64,000 nt of DNA from Clostridia bacterium. GTDB lineage: Bacteria > Bacillota > Clostridia > UBA1212 > DUPL01. Made by a program: the position numbers and the translations under genes. The stretch lies in assembly GCA_050951325.1 (NCBI GenBank), contig JBMNIW010000012.1, positions 384,001 through 448,000 on the forward strand, in the 5' to 3' direction. How positions within the stretch are numbered: the stretch's first letter is position 1; every line of letters begins with the position of its first letter. Shown here one piece after another: positions 21,461 to 31,770 of the stretch. A model generated the notes under the pieces. It searched no databases. It saw only the letters and a program-made list of their open reading frames with translations, and was not told the origin of the DNA.

Positions 21461-21805
21461 TTATTTCTTCGGAAAGTCGTAGACTTTGCCATCGTATGTT
21501 ACTGAAAATACATCATTTTCAACTTTGAACTTAACCTTGATTTCATCCCCGACTTTGATGTTTTCGTTTACCGGATTTTCCTCAAACACTTCTTCGACGA
21601 CAAGGCTTAGCTCATCATCATTAACCTTGTATGTCCCCTTTATTGCTCCGTCCTTGTCCTTTATTTCAAACGTATTGTCGTCTTTCAGGATGATCGTCAT
21701 GTTGTCATCCGCCCATGTGCCGACATAGGGCTTTTTTTCTTGTTGACAGGACACAAGAGCAACAATCAACAATAATGGCAATAAAATCTTGAAATGCTTT
21801 TTCAT
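21461..21805 (-). CDS. Small lipoprotein
   Basis: MKKHFKILLPLLLIVALVSC lipobox; YVGTW beta-barrel start; AAGGAG RBS. Confidence 0.8.
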   Translation of the reverse strand: MKKHFKILLPLLLIVALVSCQQEKKPYVGTWADDNMTIILKDDNTFEIKDKDGAIKGTYKVNDDELSLVVEEVFEENPVNENIKVGDEIKVKFKVENDVFSVTYDGKVYDFPKK

Positions 21806-21809
21806 TGAA

Positions 21810-22727
21810 CTAGCTCCTTTCATTTTTCTCAATAAAATCTTTGAACTTCTTGTTCATTTCGCTGAAGTTGTTAAAAGTACGTTTAAACATATAATTGTTA
21901 TAAGCATTATACACTTTAGTATAGCTGCATTTCAAGAGTCCGGCGCATTTTCTAAACGAATTGCCCTTGCTGACGAGGGAAAAGACGATATACCCAAACA
22001 TATTTTCATCATTCAAGGACTTGGATAAGATTTTCTCGCGTGTCTTTGGGAACATTGAAAAGAGATTCTCCGGTAATTTGAAATAATCAGCTAGTATGGA
22101 ATTGATCAGCTTTTGATTAGGATCCTCTTCCATATTAATACTCTTTGACTCAGATAAAACTTCTTGATAATCGGGATATCCCCTGTTGAAAACAGCCTTT
22201 GCAAATTCGTATGGAGTCTTCCCGCAATTATAAACCATGTAGATTTCATCCTTTGAAATCAGGTCTCCGTATTCCCATTTGTCTGTCAGGAATGCTTTAA
22301 TTCCGCTCCATTGGTATGTAATACAATCTGCAAAGTCTTTCTTGCCATCAATGGCAATAGCAAAAAATGTGTTCATGAAATCGTCGACAGACCTTATCAT
22401 GCGAATTAACGCACTGTGCTCGGCAAAATTATCAATCATCGCCATAAAAACCGAGTAACTTGCAAAGAAAAGCCTAAGATCTTTTTGGATATTGCAAAGA
22501 GTGCAATTGCCTATAATCAGTTGTAACGAATCGTCTGAACAACTCACTGCATAAATCTTATAGCCTTTTTCTGCAAAATGCCTCCTCAAGGTTCTGAAAC
22601 AACGATGTTTTGAGTTGTTTCCTAAAAAGAGATCATCGCCTTGAAGTTTTACATGAAAGCCAAATTCAGGTATGTCCAGTTCACCGTCTAAAACATAATC
22701 AGAACAATACACTTTACTAATATCCAC
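21810..22727 (-). CDS. Hypothetical protein resembling a degenerate REP-associated tyrosine transposase with C-terminal HTH
   Basis: FHVKLQG, GYKIYAVSC, SY and YQWS landmarks in RAYT order, but no HUH motif or catalytic Tyr. Confidence 0.5.
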   Translation of the reverse strand: MDISKVYCSDYVLDGELDIPEFGFHVKLQGDDLFLGNNSKHRCFRTLRRHFAEKGYKIYAVSCSDDSLQLIIGNCTLCNIQKDLRLFFASYSVFMAMIDNFAEHSALIRMIRSVDDFMNTFFAIAIDGKKDFADCITYQWSGIKAFLTDKWEYGDLISKDEIYMVYNCGKTPYEFAKAVFNRGYPDYQEVLSESKSINMEEDPNQKLINSILADYFKLPENLFSMFPKTREKILSKSLNDENMFGYIVFSLVSKGNSFRKCAGLLKCSYTKVYNAYNNYMFKRTFNNFSEMNKKFKDFIEKNERS

Positions 22728-22997
22728 TTTATTCCTCCTTTTTTTCGTTATTGATAGTTATATATTAAACATAAAAACATATGTTGTCAACCTTTAATTT
22801 TAATATATTTCACACGAAATGCATAGATGCTATAATTTGAAATTAAAGGTAATAAATTAAAAATATTTACAAATGCAATTTTCAAATGATATAATACATA
22901 CCAAATTGGGATAATTATATATCAAAAAAAGACTATGAAATATTGTACCTAATGGTATAATATATATATATTACATACAAAAAGAAGGATTGATGAG

Positions 22998-24032
22998 ATG
23001 AAGAGCGAAGAAAAAGAAATCAAACTCAGAAAATTTATAATTATTTTGGCAATAGCAGCAATGTGTCTTGTTATGGCAACAATTTTAAATGAATGCGCAA
23101 GAGACTTGGACTCATTGGCACATAAACCAACAAGTTCACCTACGGACGAGCCGATTAATACGGCGACCCCTGAAGCAAGCCCTACACCGAATCCAACTGA
23201 GACTGCAACAGAAGAGCCCACTCCAACACCGACACCTACTCCAACCCCAACACCAACATTCGTTCCTGATGGCGAATACTCGCAAAATGAAAAGTATTTT
23301 GGGAAGAAAGTTATTGTGTTAACCTTTGATGACGGTCCGCATAGAATAATCACAGACAGGCTGTTGGACGGATTGAAGGAGAGAGGAGTTAAAGCAACAT
23401 TTTTTGTAACAGCAATAGGAAGAACTAATTCAGACTGGGAATCTGATAAAAGGATACTTAATAGAATGATAGAAGAAGGACATGAGATAGGAAATCACAC
23501 GCAGGAACACAAAAGGTTGACTGAGATATCCGATGAAGAAATCAGGGAACAGCTTGGAATAGTACATGAACGTGTCAAAGAAATGACAGGTTATGATATA
23601 AAAATTTTCAGGCCGCCTGGGGGGCGTGATAACGAAGCCGTACGTGAGGTTGCAAATATGCCATCCATCAAGTGGAGCGTGGACACAAGAGATTGGGAGC
23701 ATCTGAACGAGACTGCCTTGATGAAATACGCAGAAGAAAATGATATGACGTATGAGGAGGCAAGACAGGATAGAATCCAATATATATTGGATGCTCTAAT
23801 GCGAAGAATATATGATACGGAGATTTCATACAACAGCATAAAGCATGGGTCAATCCTGCTTTTCCATGACTTGTATGATGCTACTGTAGATTTGGTTCTT
23901 GCCTTGGTTGATGAGCTGATGGAATCCGATGAATATGTATTCCTAACTGTAAGCGAGGCTATAGAATCAGAAGGAATCGTTCCGGTATCAGGACATGTAT
24001 ACGATACAATATGGCCACGTCAAAGCGTGTAA
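22998..24032 (+). CDS. Polysaccharide deacetylase (CE4) with N-terminal anchor and PT linker
   Basis: LTFDDGP, HEIGNHT..H, FRPPGG, LFHD. Confidence 0.92.
   Translation: MKSEEKEIKLRKFIIILAIAAMCLVMATILNECARDLDSLAHKPTSSPTDEPINTATPEASPTPNPTETATEEPTPTPTPTPTPTPTFVPDGEYSQNEKYFGKKVIVLTFDDGPHRIITDRLLDGLKERGVKATFFVTAIGRTNSDWESDKRILNRMIEEGHEIGNHTQEHKRLTEISDEEIREQLGIVHERVKEMTGYDIKIFRPPGGRDNEAVREVANMPSIKWSVDTRDWEHLNETALMKYAEENDMTYEEARQDRIQYILDALMRRIYDTEISYNSIKHGSILLFHDLYDATVDLVLALVDELMESDEYVFLTVSEAIESEGIVPVSGHVYDTIWPRQSV
23158..23260 (+). repeat. Low-complexity Pro/Thr coding repeat
   Basis: TATPEASPTPNPTETATEEPTPTPTPTPTPTPT. Confidence 0.8.
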
Positions 24033-24101
24033 ATAATCAACATAGTGTAAATGGCAGTGCAATATAATTTAGGGACCAACTTTTTTAGGGGGGGGAAAAA
24101 T

Positions 24102-25091
24102 ATGGTTAAGTTAAAAAGGAAGTTTGGAGACAGATATGACGGATATAGAGTAAGAAATGTAGATCCGTTTTTTCTCCTCATACCTTATATAATGAAAACA
24201 AGAGTAGACAGCCAGGTATATTTTTCCGACAGGATAGAGATAACAGAATTGGAGAGGTTTGTGAGGAAACATGCGGGAACGGACATTAAAGGATTGAAAA
24301 TGTACCATGTTCTAACCGCTGCCATTGTAAGACTTTTATCCCAGAGACCTTATCTGAACAGATTTGTATCAGGAAACAAGTTATACGCACGCAACCACAT
24401 CAGCATTTCCATGTCGGTGAAGAAGAACATGACGGAAGAGGCTGAAACTACAGTAGTAAAGCCAATGTTTGAGCCTACGGATTCACTTTCGGACATAGTA
24501 CGGAAATTCAGTGAAGAAGTAGATAAGAACAAGATAATTGAAGCTCAGAACCAGACGGATTTTACAGCAAAACTAATAGGGCGCCTTCCAAGTTTCTTAA
24601 TCAGGGGAGTCATCACAATACTTCACAACATGGACAAGATTGGTCTTCTTCCAAAGGCCATAAACAAGGTAAGTCCCTTCCATACAAGTGTATTCATAAC
24701 CAACATGGGCTCTCTTGGAATCAAATCAATATACCATCACATATATGAATTTGGAACCACTTCGATATTTGTAGCAATGGGAAAGAAATATTCAAGAATG
24801 GAATTGGACAATGATGGTAATGCTATAAAAAGAAAGTATATTGATATAAAAGTGGTGGCAGATGAACGTATATGTGACGGCTATTATTACGCTTTGTCAA
24901 TGAGGATGCTTTCTAAAATTCTGAAAAATCCTGAAATTCTTTTGGATAAACCTGATACTATAATGCTGGATGATGGTATAATATTAAAGGGAAGATTAAG
25001 TAAAGAGCAAATGGAGAGTCTTGATGACTATTCATATACTGTACCAAAAGAAGACATGGATATAGGAGAGTTAAAGAAGGAGATAATATGA
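24102..25091 (+). CDS. Stand-alone 2-oxoacid dehydrogenase E2-like acyltransferase domain protein
   Basis: RPYLNRF, ITNMGSLG, ADERICDG; no lipoyl domain. Confidence 0.78.
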   Translation: MVKLKRKFGDRYDGYRVRNVDPFFLLIPYIMKTRVDSQVYFSDRIEITELERFVRKHAGTDIKGLKMYHVLTAAIVRLLSQRPYLNRFVSGNKLYARNHISISMSVKKNMTEEAETTVVKPMFEPTDSLSDIVRKFSEEVDKNKIIEAQNQTDFTAKLIGRLPSFLIRGVITILHNMDKIGLLPKAINKVSPFHTSVFITNMGSLGIKSIYHHIYEFGTTSIFVAMGKKYSRMELDNDGNAIKRKYIDIKVVADERICDGYYYALSMRMLSKILKNPEILLDKPDTIMLDDGIILKGRLSKEQMESLDDYSYTVPKEDMDIGELKKEII

Positions 25092-25633
25092 AAAGGAATC
25101 ATTGTGGCATTCTTGTGATGATAATAGCTATCTTTCTTACAATAAGTTTTGCAGGCTGCTCATCGCCACAAAAGGAAGATGGCAAGCATATGGACAATGA
25201 AGAGAAAGAGCTGTATGGAAGAATTGTTCCTCCAGAAGGGTTTGTGGAAGGAACGAGTGAGACAGAGAATGTTATGGCGACGTACAAAAAGGACATGGCC
25301 AACATTACTCTACTGCGCACCTATGTTGGTTCTGATGAAACGCTTGAAGAGTATGTGAGGGACAGTAGGGAAAAGTATGAAGACGATGTACTTCACTTCA
25401 TGGAGTTTGAGTTTGTGGACACGGATGGACTAGAATATTCAGGCAGCGACAAGGATGCAATAGCCTTTGAAGCTCTTCAGGACAAAGTGATGCGAAAGTA
25501 CTGGGTCGTTATTGTATTGCATGCTGAATACGCTTTTGAGATAATATGCAACGCTCCGAAGAATGAGTTTGATGAATATGCAACCAGTTTCAATGCAGCA
25601 ATATCTTCCTTTGAAATATTTGAAAGTAAATAA
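25088..25633 (+). CDS. Lipoprotein, possibly PsbP/DcrB-like fold
   Basis: FAGC lipobox; PEGF near N-terminus; F..AISSF at C-terminus. Confidence 0.65.
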   Translation: MKRNHCGILVMIIAIFLTISFAGCSSPQKEDGKHMDNEEKELYGRIVPPEGFVEGTSETENVMATYKKDMANITLLRTYVGSDETLEEYVRDSREKYEDDVLHFMEFEFVDTDGLEYSGSDKDAIAFEALQDKVMRKYWVVIVLHAEYAFEIICNAPKNEFDEYATSFNAAISSFEIFESK

Positions 25634-25658
25634 TATCTCTTTTGTATATTGATTAACT

Positions 25659-25691
25659 GACAAGCTCAAGAACACGGGCTTGTCTTTTTTT
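25659..25691 (+). terminator. Rho-independent terminator
   Basis: GACAAGCTC / GGGCTTGTC followed by T7. Confidence 0.75.
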
Positions 25692-25784
25692 ATGTAATTT
25701 TACTTGTACAAACCTGTATAATATTTGCTTGTCATGAATAAAATTCACTGAGGCATCTGCCGCCAACAATACTGGAAAGGTGAG

Positions 25785-28292
25785 TTGAGTTACTTGGTGG
25801 ATAAAATGATAGGACTTACTTCAAAAGAAGCGCATAACAGACTCTTGAAGTATGGGAAAAACAATATTCAGGTAAAGAAAAAAGTGCCTGCTATTGCCAT
25901 TTTCTTTCAGCAATTTATTGACGTTATGACAATAATACTTATGTTCTGTACCGTGATATCCGCATTCATGGGAGATCTCGTAGAAGCTGTTGTCATGATA
26001 TCAATTGTTGTTTTAAATGCTATACTGGGTTTTGTCCAGGAGTTCAGAACGGAAAGAACCATAGAAGCATTAAGGAACATGAGTGCTCAAAAGGCAACGG
26101 TTATTCGTGACGGAGCGGAAATCCATATACCTGCTGAAAACATAGTGCCGGGAGATTTGGTTGTGGTAAACTCCGGAGACAAGGTGCCTGCTGACGGTAA
26201 AATTATCGAGTCGCCAGGAGTTAATGTGGACGAATCCATGCTTACCGGGGAATCAATAGCTGTATTCAAGGAGGAAGGTACTCTTTATGGAGGCACACTT
26301 GTAACCAGCGGGCATGCAATAATGGAAGTAACAGAGACGGGAATGAAAACCGAGATGGGAAAAATCTCGCAAATGATACAGGATGTAAAGGAAGAGGAAA
26401 CTCCTTTACAGAAAAGACTTGCTGCAATTGGTAAATATATTGTAATTTGCTGTATTGTTGTTTGTATTGGTGTTGTGATAGTTGGTCTTGTAAGAGGTCA
26501 GCCAGCACTTGAAATGCTACTTGCGGGAATAAGCCTGGCTGTGGCTGCGGTGCCGGAAGGATTGCCTGCAATTGTGACCATCTCCCTTGCTCTAGGAGTT
26601 CAGCAGATGGCAGAAAGAAACGCTCTTATACGAAAACTTCCTGCTGTGGAGACCCTGGGAAGCACCAACATAATCTGCTCGGACAAAACCGGTACACTTA
26701 CCCAGAATAAAATGACAGTCAGAAAATTCGTTACACTGGGCGAAGTTTTTTCGGGCACAAACTATGAAGTGGACGAAAAGAGACTCTTTGATATATCCAG
26801 ATACGCCAACAATCACAGTGACGCAACAGAACTCGCATTGATTAAAGCAACGGAAGCCCATGGAGACGACAGGTTTGAAAGAATAGGAGAAATACCTTTT
26901 GATTCAGCCAGAAAATGCATGTCTGTTATAGTACAGGATAAAAACGGTGCTCGGTACATTTTCACAAAAGGCGCTCCGGATGTGGTTGTAAGGAAAAGCA
27001 CGTTTTATCAGGAAAACGGAGCAACAAGAAAAATGTCAACTTCAACTCAAAGAAAAATCATGCTGCATAACAACCAGCTTGCCCGGGACGGTTTGAGGGT
27101 TCTTGCCATGGCGTGGAGAAAGCTCGGTCCTGGTGATAATCTACCTTATGATGATCTGGAAAAGGATCTTGTCTTTGTAGGTATGGCAGGTCTCATTGAT
27201 CCTCCAAGACCCGAGGTCAAGGATGCGGTTGCCTTGTGCAAAAAGGCTGGTATAAAGACAATTATGATAACGGGCGACCATAAGATTACTGCCAGTGTGA
27301 TTGCAAAAGAACTGGATATAATGCAAAAGGGCGATAGAATAATTACGGGAGAAGAACTGGAAAGGATGAGTGATACAGAACTTGAAAATGTTGTTGAAAA
27401 AACAGCAGTATTTGCAAGAGTTCTGCCGGTACATAAACTTAGAATAGTAAGAGCGCTTAAAAAGAAAAGCCATATAGTCGCCATGACAGGTGATGGTGTA
27501 AACGATGCGCCTGCCGTTAAAGAAGCAGATATAGGGATTGCCATGGGTATTAGTGGTACGGATGTAACAAGAGAAGCATCAGCCATGGTTCTTATGGATG
27601 ATAATTTTGCCACAATAGTTTCGGCAGTAAGACAAGGTAGAGGAATATATTCAAATATCAAGAAGTTTATTAGATACATGCTTTCATGCAATTTGGGCGA
27701 AGTTATAACAATGTTTGTAGGTATTATGATAGGTATACCTCTTCCACTTCTTCCTATACAGATTCTGTGGGTAAACCTTGTAACGGATGGTCTTCCCGGT
27801 ATTGCCTTGGGTCTTGACCCAGCGGACAAAGACATAATGGAAAAACCTCCCGTCAAGGCAACGGACAGCATTTTCAACATGGTAATGCTTTGGAACATAA
27901 CTTTCCGAGGTATTCTTACGGGATTGTGTACACTAGGCTCATATTTGGCGGTGTATGAAATGACGCAGCTGGTATCTTATGCTAGAACGGCGGCCTTCAT
28001 TACACTGGTTCTTATCCAGTTGGTGTACTCCTTTGAGTGCAGAAGCGATACAAAGGTATTGGGAGAAATTGATATACGTGAAAACATGCTCCTTATTGCA
28101 GCCAATGCAATATCGCTTCTAATGATGCTGGCGGTAGTGTACATAACTCCCCTGCAAATAATTTTCAGAACGGTACCGGTATCAATAACCGAGTGGATGG
28201 TAATACTCGTATTTACAGCCATAGGTCCCGTACTGGGAGGATTGTTTCCTGGACATATTTTTGCCCGCCTTGATAAGAAACACAAAAAGTAG
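25785..28292 (+). CDS. Cation (Ca2+-type, P2A) transporting P-type ATPase
   Basis: TGES, VPEGL, DKTGTLT, KGAP, TGDGVND, NLVTDG. Confidence 0.95.
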   Translation: MSYLVDKMIGLTSKEAHNRLLKYGKNNIQVKKKVPAIAIFFQQFIDVMTIILMFCTVISAFMGDLVEAVVMISIVVLNAILGFVQEFRTERTIEALRNMSAQKATVIRDGAEIHIPAENIVPGDLVVVNSGDKVPADGKIIESPGVNVDESMLTGESIAVFKEEGTLYGGTLVTSGHAIMEVTETGMKTEMGKISQMIQDVKEEETPLQKRLAAIGKYIVICCIVVCIGVVIVGLVRGQPALEMLLAGISLAVAAVPEGLPAIVTISLALGVQQMAERNALIRKLPAVETLGSTNIICSDKTGTLTQNKMTVRKFVTLGEVFSGTNYEVDEKRLFDISRYANNHSDATELALIKATEAHGDDRFERIGEIPFDSARKCMSVIVQDKNGARYIFTKGAPDVVVRKSTFYQENGATRKMSTSTQRKIMLHNNQLARDGLRVLAMAWRKLGPGDNLPYDDLEKDLVFVGMAGLIDPPRPEVKDAVALCKKAGIKTIMITGDHKITASVIAKELDIMQKGDRIITGEELERMSDTELENVVEKTAVFARVLPVHKLRIVRALKKKSHIVAMTGDGVNDAPAVKEADIGIAMGISGTDVTREASAMVLMDDNFATIVSAVRQGRGIYSNIKKFIRYMLSCNLGEVITMFVGIMIGIPLPLLPIQILWVNLVTDGLPGIALGLDPADKDIMEKPPVKATDSIFNMVMLWNITFRGILTGLCTLGSYLAVYEMTQLVSYARTAAFITLVLIQLVYSFECRSDTKVLGEIDIRENMLLIAANAISLLMMLAVVYITPLQIIFRTVPVSITEWMVILVFTAIGPVLGGLFPGHIFARLDKKHKK

Positions 28293-28321
28293 TACAATGA
28301 TACCATTGGAGGAGAAAAACA

Positions 28322-30124
28322 ATGGAATTCAATGTACAGGAAGAGTTAAACAAGGTTCCTTCAAAACCCGGCGTATACCTGATGAGAAACGCAAAAGATA
28401 CGGTAATATACGTTGGAAAAGCAAAAGTGTTGAAAAACCGACTGAGGCAGTACTTCCAAAAAGGTGCTCACAACGAGCGCGTTACAAAAATGGTTTCGAA
28501 TATAAAGAGGTTTGAATATATAGTAACGGATAGCGAATATGAAGCATTAATTCTTGAATGTAATTTGATTAAACGCTATAAACCCAAATACAACGTCCTT
28601 CTCAAAAATGACAATGACTACCCATATATCAAGGTAACAGTCAATGAAGATTTTCCAAGAGTTCTTTTGGCAAGAAGGGTTGAAAACGATGGTGCAAAAT
28701 ACTTTGGACCCTACTACAGCTCGGCAAGCGTATATACTACAATTGACGCATTGAATAGAATTTTCCCATTAAGAAGTTGCAAAAAGGACATAAGGGAAGG
28801 AAAAAAGGACAGGGTTTGTCTTAATTATCATATTGGGTTGTGCTCGGGACCTTGCGGCGGTCATATCACCAAGAAAGAGTATGGTGAGATAGTTCAGCAG
28901 GTAATTGACTTTCTATCCGGCAAAGCTGATTACATCAAGGATATGTTGGAGCGGCAAATGCTTCAGCATGCTGAAAGGCTGGACTTTGAGATGGCAGCGG
29001 TATACAGGGAAAGATTGAAGGCTTTGAATATGATAACCGAAAAACAGAAAATGGCGTCCATATCTGAAGATGATTTTGATGTAGTTGCAATAGCAAAGAA
29101 TGATGTGGATGCATCTTTGCAGATATTCTATGTAAGGGATGGAAAGGTATCAGGCAGGAATAATTACTTCTTCCCGGGTTCCGGACTGGAAGAGGATGCT
29201 GAGATTGTTGTATCGTTTATAAAGCAGTTTTATGATGATAACAAATTCATACCCCCAAGAATATATTCCGAAACACATATAGAGGAAGAGGAGAAGAGTC
29301 TGCTTAGCAGCTGGCTGACAGAAAAAAGAGGATACAAATGCGAAATAATTATCCCTCAAAGAGGAGACAAGCACAAGCTTGCCCATATGGTGAAGGAGAA
29401 TGCAAAAATATCCCTGAAGAACATGGATGTCAAGAATTTTGACTCTTTGGAAAGACTAAAGGAAGTGTTGGAACTAGAAAGCATACCTCTTAGAATAGAG
29501 GCCTTTGACATATCCAACACCGGTGACAGCGAGATAAATGCTTCCAGGGTTGTTTTTGAAAAAGGAAGGCCTAACAAGAAGGAATACAGAAGATACAAGA
29601 TAAGGACCTTGGATGGAAGGGACGACTATAGAGCAATGAGAGAGGTCATATCCAGACGCTTTGGAAACAGTGAGGAACAGCTGCCCGACCTTGTACTTGT
29701 AGATGGAGGTCTTGGACAGGTAAACTCGGCTCTGGAAGCGCTGGAGGAGCTTGATATAACTGTGCCTGTGTATGGAATGGTTAAGGACAACAAGCACAGG
29801 ACGAGGGGAATAGTAAGCGAAAGCGGTGAGTTTCAGCTGAACAAGGACCCTGACTTGTGGAGATTCATATCGTCCATACAAAACGAAGCTCACAGGTTTG
29901 CGATAGAATATAATAGAAAGCTGACAGAAAAGAGGTACAAGAAAAGTGCACTAGATGACATTCCCGGCATAGGAGAGAAAAGAAAGATGAATCTTTACAA
30001 GCATTTTGGCTCAATGCAAGGTATAAAGGATGCAAAAATTGAAGATCTTCTAAAAGTCAAGGGAATGACAAAACAAGCTGCGGAAAATGTGTATAAACAT
30101 TTTCATTCGGAGGAGGTGGACTAG
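28322..30124 (+). CDS. uvrC: Excinuclease ABC subunit C
   Basis: GIY-YIG (PGVYLM..YVGKAK), IEAFDIS, DGGLGQ, C-terminal HhH. Confidence 0.97.
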   Translation: MEFNVQEELNKVPSKPGVYLMRNAKDTVIYVGKAKVLKNRLRQYFQKGAHNERVTKMVSNIKRFEYIVTDSEYEALILECNLIKRYKPKYNVLLKNDNDYPYIKVTVNEDFPRVLLARRVENDGAKYFGPYYSSASVYTTIDALNRIFPLRSCKKDIREGKKDRVCLNYHIGLCSGPCGGHITKKEYGEIVQQVIDFLSGKADYIKDMLERQMLQHAERLDFEMAAVYRERLKALNMITEKQKMASISEDDFDVVAIAKNDVDASLQIFYVRDGKVSGRNNYFFPGSGLEEDAEIVVSFIKQFYDDNKFIPPRIYSETHIEEEEKSLLSSWLTEKRGYKCEIIIPQRGDKHKLAHMVKENAKISLKNMDVKNFDSLERLKEVLELESIPLRIEAFDISNTGDSEINASRVVFEKGRPNKKEYRRYKIRTLDGRDDYRAMREVISRRFGNSEEQLPDLVLVDGGLGQVNSALEALEELDITVPVYGMVKDNKHRTRGIVSESGEFQLNKDPDLWRFISSIQNEAHRFAIEYNRKLTEKRYKKSALDDIPGIGEKRKMNLYKHFGSMQGIKDAKIEDLLKVKGMTKQAAENVYKHFHSEEVD

Positions 30125-30846
30125 TGTCCGTATACGCCATATCAGACCTTCATCTAGCTTTTTTCACCGAGAAACCCATGGACATATTTGGTGAACATTG
30201 GGAAGATCATGCAGCCAAGATAAAGGAAAACTGGACAAGGGTCATTAGGGAGGACGATTTGGTTGTCCTGCCTGGGGACATATCTTGGGCAATGACTCTG
30301 GATGAGTTTCTTTCAGACATTATGTTCATCGAGGAATTGCCGGGATATAAAATAATATCAAAAGGCAATCACGATTATTGGTGGCAGACAGCTAAAAAAT
30401 TAAGGGAGTTTAAAAACCAGCATAATATTAAGACTGTTACTTTTCTTCACAACAATGCTTACATTTTTGAGCATGAAGGAAAGGAATACGCCATTTGTGC
30501 AACCAGAGGATGGAAGTGTCCTGGTGATAGTGATTTTACCCAGGATGACATGAAAGTGTATAAAAGGGAGATGCAAAGGCTTGAAACCTCCATCAAGAAA
30601 GGAAGGAATGGAGATAGGGAAATGCTGGTGTTTATACACTATCCACCTTTTAACAATAAAAAGGAGGAGTCGGGATTTACTGAAATATTGGAGAGATATG
30701 GGATTAATAGATGTTTTTATGGACATTTGCACGGCAAAATGGTGCATGAAAAAGCTCTCATTGGAAAACTTAATGATGAGAGCTTGACGGAATATTATCT
30801 GGTTTCATGCGATTATTTAGGATTCAATCCTTTTAAGATTCTTTAG
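30124..30846 (+). CDS. Metallophosphoesterase
   Basis: SDLH, GD, GNHD, GHLH motifs. Confidence 0.9.
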   Translation: MSVYAISDLHLAFFTEKPMDIFGEHWEDHAAKIKENWTRVIREDDLVVLPGDISWAMTLDEFLSDIMFIEELPGYKIISKGNHDYWWQTAKKLREFKNQHNIKTVTFLHNNAYIFEHEGKEYAICATRGWKCPGDSDFTQDDMKVYKREMQRLETSIKKGRNGDREMLVFIHYPPFNNKKEESGFTEILERYGINRCFYGHLHGKMVHEKALIGKLNDESLTEYYLVSCDYLGFNPFKIL

Positions 30847-31755
30847 TTTGTGATCAGGCACCAGGACATTGATTGCATTTGGCACAACCTCTGCCCTGAA
30901 AGGTAGACTACCTCCCAGTTCCCCATCGTAATCGTAAGGAATTGAGATGGATTCATCCATACATGAGATGGTTAGGGATTTTGTTTGAAAATACTTTACT
31001 TTCGGATGCTGGATATGTGTGTTCATCCTAATCTGCATCATCATAGGGATGATATCCACAAAATCCGGCTTTTTTATTAGTATCACATCCAACAAACCGT
31101 CATTAATTCTTGCCTTAGGCAGAAGGCCGGAAAAACCACCTACATTGGGAGAATTCGAAACAATAAAAAGAAAGACATCTTCTTCAATCTTTTTGTTGTC
31201 ATACTCAACCTTTATAGGGAAGCTCTTGAATTTGTATGTGGTAAAGTCCTTTGCACCCTCCAGATAGTATGCAAATCTGCCCAGGGCTGTTTTGGCTTCT
31301 ATGGAAACCTTGTGGGCTACCTCGCTCAAGGTGCCTCCTGCAGTAACATTAAGAAAATATTCGTCGTCGTTCACCTTGCCTACGTCACAAGGAACAACAT
31401 TGAAGCTTTTTATCATTTTGCACAGTCCGACTGTATCTCTGGGGAGTCCCAGGTGTGTAGCAAAATCGTTCATGGTACCTGCGGGAAGGATGCATAATGG
31501 AGTTTTAGATCCTCCTTTTATAAGACCATTTACAGCTTCGTTTGCCGTACCATCCCCACCAACCACCATAACAAAGTCATACTCTCCAGGCTTGATGTCA
31601 AGTGCAATCTTGTATGCGTCATACTTTTCTGTTGTGTACTGCAGATATGCACCTGTAAGAACTCCTTCCGAAGATAGCTTGTGCATTGCCATTATGGCAG
31701 AGCGTTGGAAGTTCTTCATTCCAGAAGATGGATTGACAATAACCTTACACTTCAT
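30817..31755 (-). CDS. Diacylglycerol/lipid kinase (YegS/DagK family)
   Basis: NPSSG, GGDGT, PAGTMNDFA, DGE. Confidence 0.92.
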   Translation of the reverse strand: MKCKVIVNPSSGMKNFQRSAIMAMHKLSSEGVLTGAYLQYTTEKYDAYKIALDIKPGEYDFVMVVGGDGTANEAVNGLIKGGSKTPLCILPAGTMNDFATHLGLPRDTVGLCKMIKSFNVVPCDVGKVNDDEYFLNVTAGGTLSEVAHKVSIEAKTALGRFAYYLEGAKDFTTYKFKSFPIKVEYDNKKIEEDVFLFIVSNSPNVGGFSGLLPKARINDGLLDVILIKKPDFVDIIPMMMQIRMNTHIQHPKVKYFQTKSLTISCMDESISIPYDYDGELGGSLPFRAEVVPNAINVLVPDHKLKNLKRIES

Positions 31756-31770
31756 TTATGTTACCTCCGT

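Noticed and set aside
21110-21505. 131-aa plus-strand ORF and the overlapping 60-aa minus-strand ORF
   Set aside because: No recognisable motifs, weak starts, and they run through terminator-like hairpins.
27146-27898. 250-aa antisense ORF
   Set aside because: Lies wholly opposite the conserved P-type ATPase; a typical shadow ORF, like most short overlapping ORFs in the track.
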